This document shows, piece after piece, positions 53,998-63,060 of a DNA stretch of 64,000 bases. This stretch comes from Bryobacterales bacterium (GTDB lineage Bacteria > Acidobacteriota > Terriglobia > Bryobacterales > UBA6623). The notes under the pieces were generated by a model. That model ran no database searches. It saw nothing but the letters and a program-made list of their open reading frames with translations, and had not been told where the DNA came from. Both the position numbers and the translations under genes were made by a program. Position 1 is the stretch's first letter. Every line of letters begins with the position of its first letter. The DNA is taken from contig OY729428.2 of NCBI GenBank assembly GCA_963422375.2, positions 2,336,001 to 2,400,000 of the forward strand. The letters run 5' to 3'.

Positions 53998-55311
53998 GGG
54001 CTTTGATCGATATTAAGTTTCCAACTTCATCATGGATGTAGTTCGTAGTTCCAATCATCGTGGAACTCGTTCCGATGGAGCGACAGGGCGTCCATCTCCG
54101 CCTTCGTTACTGCCTCACCGGTCGGGTACTTTCTATTGTCAAGTTCGGCTTTGACCCGAAGGCCGGCGGCTGTGCGCGTACCGCCGATCAAGTCGACAAC
54201 GGTCTCAAATGTACGCAGTGGCTTGCCTCGCCAATTCTGCGTGACGTGGCAGAACAGGCGGCGCTCAATCTTATGCCATGGACTGGTCCCCGGCGGGAAG
54301 CGGCTGACGTGGATGCGAAGACATGTCCGGTCAGCGAACTTCTGCAGCCGATGCTTCCAGGCGCGAGAGCGATACCCGTTGCTACCGCCCGCATCGGCAG
54401 CGATGAACAGCTCGCCAGCCTCGGGGTAGCGGCGCTTCCCCGTCTCGTTCCACCACCGTCGCAGCGAGGCCGCGGCAAACGCGGGCGTGTCGTGATCACG
54501 TCCGACATGCACCCAGGCTTCGTTGCGCCCCAGGTCATGGATGCCATACGGCATCGCTTTGCCGGACGAGTCCTTGGGAAAATCATGCACCAGTGATTTC
54601 CCGGGGCCCCCCTTCGGTTGCCATTCCCGCCCGCCGTTCTTGAATTCACCCACCAGTTCCTTCTTCTTGGTGTCGACCGAGACCACTGGCTGACGACGTT
54701 GCAGAAAATCATCCGCCTTCGTATGGATGTGCTCGAACTGCGCGTCCCGGTCGGGGCGGGTTGTCCCTTCGAGACTCTTGCGCACCGATTGCAGGCTGTA
54801 GCCAAGCTCATGCAGTCAACGGCTCGCCGTCGTCGAACTCACCTGCCAACCCGCCTGCGACAACGCCGCGGCGAGCTTCGCCCGACTCTTGCATGTCCAG
54901 CGCAACGGCGACTGCAACGGCGACTCCGGGTCACCGCGAGTCAACGGGTCAACCAGCTTCTCCAGCGCTTGCTCGATGCCCGGCCGCGACTGCTCGATGC
55001 CGGGCCGCCCGGCCCCCGGGCGGCGTATCCGACCGCGTTCAACACTGCCGGATTCCAGCTCTCGACGCCCCGCGCGGATGGCGCGGACGGTCGGGCGCGA
55101 CAACCCAGTCGCGTCCGATACCAGCGCATCCCCCCCATACCCGATGGCACGCGACTCCGTCGCCGCCCATAGCCGACGCCCGCGCTCGTCGAGAAACGCT
55201 TCCACCGCCGCGTACTGCTCAACAATTGTCGCTTCGAGTTCAAGATTGCGTCTCATCGGATGATGAGAACACAAAACTCAGAACATGGAAATCTAATTCC
55301 CGACAACGTCC
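53998..55311 (-). mobile_element. ISAzo13-family element (transposase ~55256-54030, in-frame TGA at 54816-54818)
   Basis: LDERGRRLWAA, GYSLQ, SVDTKKKE, DAGGSNG, PPGTS, WNYEL. Imperfect 25-bp IRs; 3-bp TSD TTA at 53995-53997 and 55312-55314. Confidence 0.92.
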
Positions 55312-55443
55312 TTAGCGTTCTTGGGCTCCCGCTTGGCGGCTTCCTCCGGCAGGCGCACCTTGCTTGGGTCGATGCCGACCGTCAGGATTGGTACCGCTGC
55401 AAGCGCCGTGAGTGCCTTGGTGCGCATTCGATGCATGTCGTGC

Positions 55444-57001
55444 GAGCCTTTTGCAAAAATCCCGCGCTAATAGCATTATCATTTAGTTAGTCTATTAAGT
55501 ATTCGATATAATAAATGAAATAGAACTGTAGTAAATGTAGTTTTAATGGCTTGTCTGCGTTTTGAGTTTCCTGGCAATCCCTTGCCCTCCGTGCTATTAT
55601 TGTAATGAAATCCTAGTAAGCAGCTGGCAGAATTCAACGAATATGTCCTTGATAGAAACCGTATCCGCGTACTGGTTCACGTTCCAGCAGGGGCTGTTCC
55701 CCTGGCTCGAGCAGGAACTCGGCCCCCTCGGCGAGCGCTGCCGCAGCTTCGTTCAAGCGGTGGAACTGGCGCAGGTCGAGGACTGCCTGCCCGTCGGGCA
55801 GGGCGGCCGCGGCCGCCCCCTCGCAAGCCGCGCCGCCATGGCGCGCGCCTGCATCGCCAAGGCCGTCTTCGACCAGCCCGCTACGCGCTCGCCGGTCGAG
55901 CGCCTGCAGACCGATCGCACCCTGCGCCGACTGTGCGGCCGGGACCTGGCCGGGGCCGTGCCCGGCGAGGCAACCTTCTCGCGCGCCTGCGCCGAGTTCG
56001 CCGCCGGCGAACTGCCCGGACGCTTGCACCAGGCGCTGCTCGCGCGGACGCTCGACGGCCGCTTGGCAGGGCACGTCTCCCGCGACTCGACCGCCATCGA
56101 GGGCCGCGAGCGGCCCGCCGCGAAGCCCGCGCCGGAACCGGAGCCGAAACGCAAGCGCGGGCGCCCTCGCAAGGGCGAGCAGCGGCCGCCCGCTCCGCGC
56201 CGACTGGCGCGGCAGCCCGACATGAATCTCGAAGCAATGCTGCACGACCTGCCGCAGGGCTGCGATACCGGCACCAAGCGCAACGCCAAGGGCCGTACCG
56301 TCAGCTGGCGCGGCTACAAGCTGCCTATCGACGCGATCGACGGCGGGATCCCGGTCAGCTGCCTGCTCACCGCGGCTTCGCTGCACGACAGCCAGGCCGC
56401 GATCCCGCTGGCGACACGGACCGCGGGCCGCGTCGACAACCTGTACGACCGGATGGACAGCGCGCGCGACGCGGCCGGGATCCGGGCCTTCAGCGAGCGG
56501 CTCGGGCACGTGCCGCTCATTGATGTCAACCCGCGCGGCCGGACGGAGCTGCAGGCGGATCTGGCACGGGAGGCCCCGGCGCTGCGCAGCGCCGGGCGGG
56601 CGGATCCCGCCAAGCTGCGCTACCGCGAGCGCTCGACGGTGGAGCGTGTCAACGGCCGCCTGAAGGACGATTGCGGCGGGCGCCACGTGCGCGTCCGCGG
56701 CCACGGCAAGGTGGCCACGGCAAGGTGCTGTGCCACCTCCTGTTCGGCGTGCTCGCGCTGACGGTCGAGCAGCTCCTGCGCCTGGCGCTCCGAGAGCCCG
56801 GGCCGCCGGGACGGCCGGGAAGAGCGCCCGCCCGCCGGGCCGGGCCGGGAGAGCTGCGCCTGCACGGGGCCGCTCCTCGCAGGAGCGCCCCGAAGCGGAG
56901 CAAGCCCAGCTGAAGGGGGTCTTTTTCGGCGAGAATAACAGCCCGGAAACTAGTCGTTCATGGGGCGGTCAGCCCTCTTTTCTGAATTTTGCAAAAGGCT
57001 C
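55444..57001 (+). mobile_element. IS5/IS1182-like element (DUF772 + DDE transposase from 55643, frameshifted at ~56713)
   Basis: IRs GAGCCTTTTGCAAAA and TTTTGCAAAAGGCTC; 4-bp TSD GTGC at 55440-55443 and 57002-57005; SRDSTAIE, GYKL, HDSQ, YRERSTVERVN. Confidence 0.9.
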
Positions 57002-57167
57002 GTGCCTCTTTGAGTTTTTGGCCGAACCGTGTCCTGCGAGTGGTCAGACGCATCGAATGTCGACCCTCGCCAGCGTGGAGCAGCTGGCCGACCAGCGGCG
57101 GCGCGGCCCGCGCCGTGCTCTCGCCAGCTCCTGTGAATCGCTCTTACAATGCGAACTAGGCTTGTCC

Positions 57168-57592
57168 GTGATCGGTCGTTTACTAGCGGCGGTTCTCTGT
57201 GCCGCAGCGGTCCTTTACGGAAGCACCGCTGCGGACGACTTGCGCGCGATCAAGGGGTTGGAATTGGATCCCGACAACTGTTACCGCGTCCGGGATGCCT
57301 TCTTGGAGCGAGAGGAAGTCAAGCTCTACTTCACGGATGGGCATATCGTGTTCGCCAAGCCTGTCCTAGGCCGAACCCTAGCCGCGCTGTTCGTCGCAAC
57401 GGGGCCGACCGATGTTGGGGAGGTGCTGTTGATTCCACCGAGCCCAGCCGAACGCCAGTCCGTCGCGAGCTTTCTCGGCGAGACGATCATCAACGAGAAG
57501 TTTCGGAACGCGATGATGTTCTTCACCGATGACACCGCGACAGCGCTCGCCGCGTCGATCCGCGACGCGGCGGAGTCGCGGCTCGATCCCGA
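57168..57592 (+). pseudogene. N-terminal fragment of a secreted protein (resembles the N-terminus of acidobacterial M1 aminopeptidases), truncated at IS30
   Basis: Signal peptide, LDPDNCYRVRD...LYFTDG...GEVLLIPP...ERQS...FTDDT; the frame runs into IS30 sequence at 57593. Confidence 0.6.
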
Positions 57593-58755
57593 GGCGGGCT
57601 GCCAGCCCTGCCTCAGCCCCGCGGCACCCGCTCCCGCGCCGCCAGGAAGACTTCCTCCGGCGTGCGCCCGCCCGGCACCTTCCGCGGACGCCGGTTCAGG
57701 CGGTCCCGCGCCTGCCGCACCCGGGCCGGGTCCACCCGCCGCAGGTCCGTCCCCTGCGGGAAGTACTGCCGCGGCAGCCCGTTGGCATGCTCGTTCAGCC
57801 CGCGCTCCCAGGAGTGGCAGGGCCGCGCGCAGTAGAAGCCCGCCCCCAGCCGCTGCGCCACCTCCCGGCGCCCCGCGAACTCCTTGCCGTTGTCGGCCGT
57901 GATCGTGCGCGTCACGGCCCCGCTGCCTGCGAGCATGGCCGTCATCGCCGCCCCGACCAGCCGCGCCGTGCGCCGGCTAACCGGCTGCACTAGCAGGTAC
58001 TTAGAGAACCGGTCCACCAGCGTCACCAGCGCCCCGCGGCGCTGCCCGCCGATCACGGTGTCGGCCTCCCGCTCGCCGCCGCGCGCCTTCGCTCGCGCCT
58101 CCGCCGGGCGCTCCGCGATGTCCGCGCGCCCCGGGATCAGGCCGCGGCCCGCCGTCCGGCCGACCCGCCGCACGCGCTTGCGGCCGCCCTGCCTCAGGTG
58201 CCGGTACAGCCGGCCCCCCTGCCGCCGCTCCGCGCGCACCAGCTGGTAGATCCGTTCAGGGCTGATCTCCAGCGCCCCTTCCCGCTTCAGCCGCGCCGCG
58301 ACCTGCTCCGGGCTCCTGCTCCGGGCTCCAGTCCTGCCGCAGGCAGTCCTCGCTCCGCGCCCGCAGCGCCGACGTCAGCTGGCGCGGCCGGCACGACGCC
58401 GCGCGCCGCCGCCGCTCCGCGCGCTCCCGCGCGCTCCCCAAGCTGTAGCTCGCCGCGCGCTCGCCCTCCGCCGGTCGGCCGTTGCGGCTCACTTCCCGGT
58501 AGATCGTGGCCCGGTTGCGGCCCGGCTGCCCGGCGATCCTGTCCGCTCCCCAGCCCGCCCAGCCCGCCGCCCGCAGCGTCTCGATCCGGCAGCGCTCCTC
58601 CTGCGTCACGTGCGTGTAGCTCTTCCGCATCCGCCTCCCTGCTCCTTCCAGCACCTACCAGCCTACTGCCGCCACACCACCGCTCGCTGCCCCCCCTCTC
58701 CCCTCCCTGCCATCTTGTGGCTCGGCGCGTGTCGCACTTCGGAGTTGAATGGGCG
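57593..58755 (-). mobile_element. IS30-family element, copy 2 (right end missing, frameshifted)
   Basis: Left IR at 58726-58755 identical to copy 1. Homology to copy 1 stops 20 nt past the transposase stop. Two units of the 13-bp repeat shift the frame. Confidence 0.93.
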
Positions 58756-59591
58756 CCATAATAAGCCCCGGCTACTTTGCCACCATGCAAATTCCCATCG
58801 AAGCCGGCCGGGCCTTCGAAGCACACGACGAGGAGGGGCAGCGTGGGGCACCCCGCGGCATCTTGGTCAGCGACTCTTTCGCGAAGCGCTGTTGGAAAGG
58901 ACTGGAGCCGCTGGGGAAAATCATCAGCTTTGGTGAAGCATTTCGGGACTGGCAAATGACGGTAGTCGGCGTCGCGGGAGACGTGCGGTATTCGGGACTC
59001 GAGACGGGTCCGACCGTCGACATCTATCTTCCTCAGGCTCTGTTCCCGCAGGCGGCTATCACTCTGATCGCGCGAACGAGAAGCGACCCGCTCAATGAGG
59101 TGACGTCCGTGCGCGAACGCATTCACGCCGTGGACCGGCACGCCTTCGTGACAGACATTCGTTCTATGGGTCAACTGATCGCCGACTCGCAGGCCGAGCG
59201 TCGCGCTGGAACCTACGTCGCCTCGGCGTTCGGAGCAATCGGCCTAGTGTTGGTCGTGGCCGGCCTTTACGGTGTTACGGCACAGGCGGTCGTCGAGCGC
59301 CGCCGCGATTTCGCCATCCGGTCGGCGCTTGGCGCCGGACCAGGGCGGGTCTGCGCCACGGCAATGCAGACGGCACTGCTGCCCGTCGGTACCGGCATCG
59401 CGCTCGGCGGATTGGCGACGGTAGGAACGATCCGCGTTCTGATGTCACTGCTCTTCGAGGTAAGTGCCTTGGACCTCGTGACGTGGACGTGGGCATACGC
59501 CGTGACTCTCGCCGCCAGTGTGGCGGCGGGATTGCTCGCGGGGCGGCGTGCAGCACGGATCGATCCAATGGCAGCGCTAGGGACCGAGTAG
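58756..59591 (+). pseudogene. ABC transporter permease (ADOP/MacB-type), C-terminal fragment
   Basis: ISPGYFATMQIP...GRAF, VVGVAGDVRY.GL, GLYGV...V.ERRRDFAIRSALGA, RRAARIDPM.AL. Confidence 0.88.
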
Positions 59592-60378
59592 TTGCAACTC
59601 TGCGCGCTTCGGGGGCGCTCAAGACTCACTCGACCGCGTCTTGGACCTCGGCTGGAACGCGTGATTCCACTCGCCGGAGACGATGTCTTTCTTGATCGAT
59701 CACCGCTCGATCCGCGCCTCCGTAACCTTCCATCCGGGCTCGCAGCCTTTCCCGTCTAGTTCCGAAGAGATCATCAAGCCCGCCCGCGTCGTCGCTGCAC
59801 GGACCAGGTTCGCGGTCACCTCGCGGATGACCGGCCGATGACCGCGGCAATTCCGGGAGACGTGGCAGCGAGACGAGGACTCCTGGACGACGTCGCGCTA
59901 TTGCACAGCCTCCTCGGTCTTCGGTGACGCTCCTTGCCCGCTGTCCCGGGGGTGCCAAGCCATAGCTGGGCCACTCGCCCTGTTCCTGCCTTGGAGTCGC
60001 CGGTGCATAAGGCGCGGAGCGAGCCCGGCCAATGCTTCCCCGCAGTCTCCCCTCCCCCAAGACGAGAGCACCGTCGGGTCGCATTCTTGCCAGGCTACCG
60101 GGCCGACGGCAAGCACGCAGCGTACGGCCGCCCGCTCGTGGTGTCGATCCGCTCGGCGAGCGGACCAAGTGGACGGTGCGAGATCGGCGTGTCCGTCTCT
60201 CGAAGTGCAATCGGGTGGCTTCAAGAGCGCCAGCTGCCGCCCACGCCGAAGGCGGGAACCCTCTCGCTCGCGCCCGGCTGCGGTTGTCCCGGCAGGAGCT
60301 TGATCCCCGGCGCGGCCGCTACGACATCACTCGCCGGGTTGACATCGTCGCGAGACGGGTGCTACTTTTCGGACCGGG

Positions 60379-61590
60379 ATGACATCCCCGTTGCATCGTC
60401 GCGAGGCGCTTCGACGGCTCGCCGCCTTCATGCTGGCATCGCCGCTGCTGGCCGAAATCGAGAAGCCGGATCTGACGGATTCCAAGCAACTCGCCAGTGT
60501 ATTCGACTTCCGCGACCTCGCGCGCAAGCTGATCGACCCGGTCGCCTACGACTACCTAGCCGAAGGGGGCAAGGACGAGATCTCCCTCGCCGAAAACCGC
60601 TTGGCCTTCCGCCAGATCATCCTGCGTCCCAAGTTCCTCACAGACGTCCACAAGATCGACGTTACGACGGAGCTTCTCGGAAGCACGATGGACTCGCCAG
60701 TCTACATCTGCCCGGCGGGTGGCAAGAACTGCTTCCGGCCCGGAGGCGAGGAGGAGACCGCGCGGGGCGCGGCCCTCGCCAACGCCATGTACATCAGCAA
60801 CGGCGGGGTCGAGGCGTTCCTCGCCTCCGCCGACGCTCCCCGGCACTGGTGGCAGTACACAACGGGCGGCCAGTTCCGGAGCGAGAACTCCATGCTGGAC
60901 TTCGTGGAGCGCCTCGAGGACTCCGGCTGCACAGGCGTCTGCTTTACCGTCGACAACATGCTGGTCTCGCATCGCGAGCGCTCGATCCACAACGGCCTCG
61001 TACGGACTTGGTGCAACTTGGGCGAGATTCCGCGCGATGCCGACGGCAGGCTGGTTTACCAGCCCAACGACCGCACGTGGACTACGGGGGAATACCCGGG
61101 ACGCGCGACGCCCACGCCGACGTGGGAGACCGTCAAGCAGCTCAGGGACATTACCGAGCTCAAGATCATGCTGAAGGGCCTCATGATTGCGGAGGACGTC
61201 GAGAGGGCCGTCGAGGTCGGCGTGGACACTGTCGTCGTGTCCAATCACGGGGCGAGGCAGCTCGACCACACCGGATCGACGATCGAAGCGCTGCCCGAGT
61301 GCGTCCGGGCCGCCCGCGGCCGGATCCCCGTGCTCGTGGACGGCGGGTTCCGCCGGGGCACGGACATCCTGAAGGCCCTCGCGATCGGGGCGACCGCCGT
61401 GGGCGTCGCTCGCCCGTACCTGTGGGGCATGACGTGCTTCGCCCGCGACGGCGTAGCTCGGGTGCTCGAACTGCTCAAGACCGAGCTCGCCCTGGACATG
61501 GGCATGTCCGGAGTCGCTCGCATCGCCGACATCAGCCCGAGCCTAGTTCGTTGGCGGAACTGGTCCTACCAAGGAGGACTGCAACCATGA
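60379..61590 (+). CDS. FMN-dependent alpha-hydroxy acid oxidase/dehydrogenase with twin-arginine-like leader
   Basis: AYDYL, LRPKFL, FTVD, LKG, VSNHGARQLD, DGGFRRGTDILKALAIGA; N-terminal HRREAL. Confidence 0.92.
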   Translation: MTSPLHRREALRRLAAFMLASPLLAEIEKPDLTDSKQLASVFDFRDLARKLIDPVAYDYLAEGGKDEISLAENRLAFRQIILRPKFLTDVHKIDVTTELLGSTMDSPVYICPAGGKNCFRPGGEEETARGAALANAMYISNGGVEAFLASADAPRHWWQYTTGGQFRSENSMLDFVERLEDSGCTGVCFTVDNMLVSHRERSIHNGLVRTWCNLGEIPRDADGRLVYQPNDRTWTTGEYPGRATPTPTWETVKQLRDITELKIMLKGLMIAEDVERAVEVGVDTVVVSNHGARQLDHTGSTIEALPECVRAARGRIPVLVDGGFRRGTDILKALAIGATAVGVARPYLWGMTCFARDGVARVLELLKTELALDMGMSGVARIADISPSLVRWRNWSYQGGLQP

Positions 61591-62390
61591 CTCGACGCGA
61601 GTTTTCCGCAAGCTGCGGCACCGGCCTCGCCGCCGTTCTGGGGGGCCTCAAGGCAGCTGCGGGCGACAAGGGCAGCTACCCGATCCGCCGACGCAAGGAG
61701 GTGGAGATCCTCTACCAGTCCCCCGACGGCAACCCGAACGGGCTGGAGGCCACCGAGGAAGGCCTGTGGGTCGGCGAGCAGATCACCGACCGAGCCTATC
61801 TCCTCGACTGGAAGACCGGCCGCCCGCTGGCCCGGCACGAGACCCAGTCGTCCAACACCAGCGGCATCGGCGCCGGCGGCGGCTTCGTCTTCATGGGTGC
61901 CAACGGGCCAGCCCACCTTCGCCCGCGACGCCCGCACGACATCGTCCGAGGCGGCCGGATCGTCAAGCTCGACGCCAAGACCGGCGAGCACATCGCGAAC
62001 TACCAGACGCCGACGGGCGGGGGGCTGCACGGCTTGCTGTGGGCCAAGAACTCCCTCTGGATCACGCAGTTCAACCCTCTCAAGGTGGTTCAGGCCGACG
62101 CCGACCTGAACCTGTTCCACGATTTCGATTTGCCGCTCAACCGACCGCACGGTCTCGGATGGGACGGCGAGCACATCTGGTGCATGTTCTCGAATGACTA
62201 CCGCGCGCTGCGTTTCGAGATCCGCACCGGGCGCATCATCGAGGGCGTCCAGTTTGACCGCAGCGACCCCGACCCGCACGGCATGACTTGGTGGGACGGA
62301 GCGCTCTACTACTGCGACGCAGGCATCGCCCCCGGACACAAGGACAACCTCAGCGAGCATGCCGGGGCCATCTGCCGCATCCATCTCTAG
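61587..62390 (+). CDS. Tat-exported beta-propeller protein (Vgb/glutaminyl-cyclase-like repeats)
   Basis: ATGA overlap, GGAGG SD, MTRREF leader, repeats PNGL/TSGI/LHGL/PHGL.WDG/PHGM.W.DG. Confidence 0.75.
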   Translation: MTRREFSASCGTGLAAVLGGLKAAAGDKGSYPIRRRKEVEILYQSPDGNPNGLEATEEGLWVGEQITDRAYLLDWKTGRPLARHETQSSNTSGIGAGGGFVFMGANGPAHLRPRRPHDIVRGGRIVKLDAKTGEHIANYQTPTGGGLHGLLWAKNSLWITQFNPLKVVQADADLNLFHDFDLPLNRPHGLGWDGEHIWCMFSNDYRALRFEIRTGRIIEGVQFDRSDPDPHGMTWWDGALYYCDAGIAPGHKDNLSEHAGAICRIHL

Positions 62391-62931
62391 GATTCTTGCC
62401 ATTGCGGCAGCGTGTTCGGTTGTCGCTGCCGAGCCTTCTCCCATCGTCAAGCCACCGGACGGGTCGTGGATCCCCGGCGACACCATCGAGATCATCGCCA
62501 AGGCAGGGGAGGGCCGTCTCCTGCTTGACGGAAGGGCGCTCCCCACGGAGCAGCCATTTCCCGGGGTGCTTCGCGCCGAGGTGCAGGTGCAGGCAGGAAC
62601 CCATACGGTGAGGCTGGAAACGTCCGACGGCTCCCGGCAAGTGAGCTTCCACTCGGGCCCGGCGCCCGAAGGGCGGCACGGGGCGGCGTACCGAGACCAC
62701 CCGCCCGTCCAAGTCGACTGCAGCCACTGCCACAGCGTGAGCCGGCGGGGCCGGTTCCGCTTCAGTGGAGGGTGCCAGGCCTGCCATGCCGAGGACCTCT
62801 TCATCCGGACGCACAGCCACCAGAGCCACGAGCTGGCCAGCTGCGGCATGTGCCACGACGCGCACGGATCTAGCGCGGCCAAGCTGCTCGTCATGCCCCG
62901 GGAGCGGGCGTGCAAGCAGTGCCACAATTGA
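62359..62931 (+). CDS. Secreted tetraheme c-type cytochrome
   Basis: Signal peptide, then CSHCH, CQACH, CGMCHDAH and CKQCH. Confidence 0.85.
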   Translation: MPGPSAASISRILAIAAACSVVAAEPSPIVKPPDGSWIPGDTIEIIAKAGEGRLLLDGRALPTEQPFPGVLRAEVQVQAGTHTVRLETSDGSRQVSFHSGPAPEGRHGAAYRDHPPVQVDCSHCHSVSRRGRFRFSGGCQACHAEDLFIRTHSHQSHELASCGMCHDAHGSSAAKLLVMPRERACKQCHN

Positions 62932-63060
62932 GCCCTGCCGGCGAACTCCAAGCACATCCTGCACACGCCGACGCGTTGTATCGAGGGGCCGGTCCTGCAG
63001 GAGGCTGCCCTGCCCGGGCAGGCAAACCGGGCGTTCCGCTTCCAATTGAGCCTTTGCAAA

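Larger units (their letters stand above)
49577..55436 (-). pseudogene. M48-family metallopeptidase broken into three pieces (55436-55312, 53997-~53882, ~50250-49577)
   Basis: MHRMRTKAL...PKNA|KEDVSRIGDRGVGKGVNLYSLEKEIQLGKRLAADVERK joins in frame after ISAzo13 removal. C-part has ALPGGHFYVNTGL...AGVMAHEIAH, FSRQFEKDAD, SSHP. Additional frameshift near 50100. Confidence 0.88.

Noticed and set aside
54970..55010. Imperfect 21-bp repeat in the ISAzo13 transposase as another tandem duplication
   Set aside because: Imperfect, in frame, and the spacing fits the normal family length, so it may be ancestral
59934..62390. 818-aa ORF as a single protein (likewise 45550-47016, 30863-32932, 24730-25962, 9865-11205)
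   Set aside because: Only the 3' parts look coding; internal starts, several with SD or ATGA coupling, fit the homologous N-termini better
62925..63060. CAATTGAGCC direct repeat and GAGCCTTTGCAAA resembling the IS5-like IR
   Set aside because: Short matches with no partner IR or transposase; the adjacent element begins at 63061 with a different end
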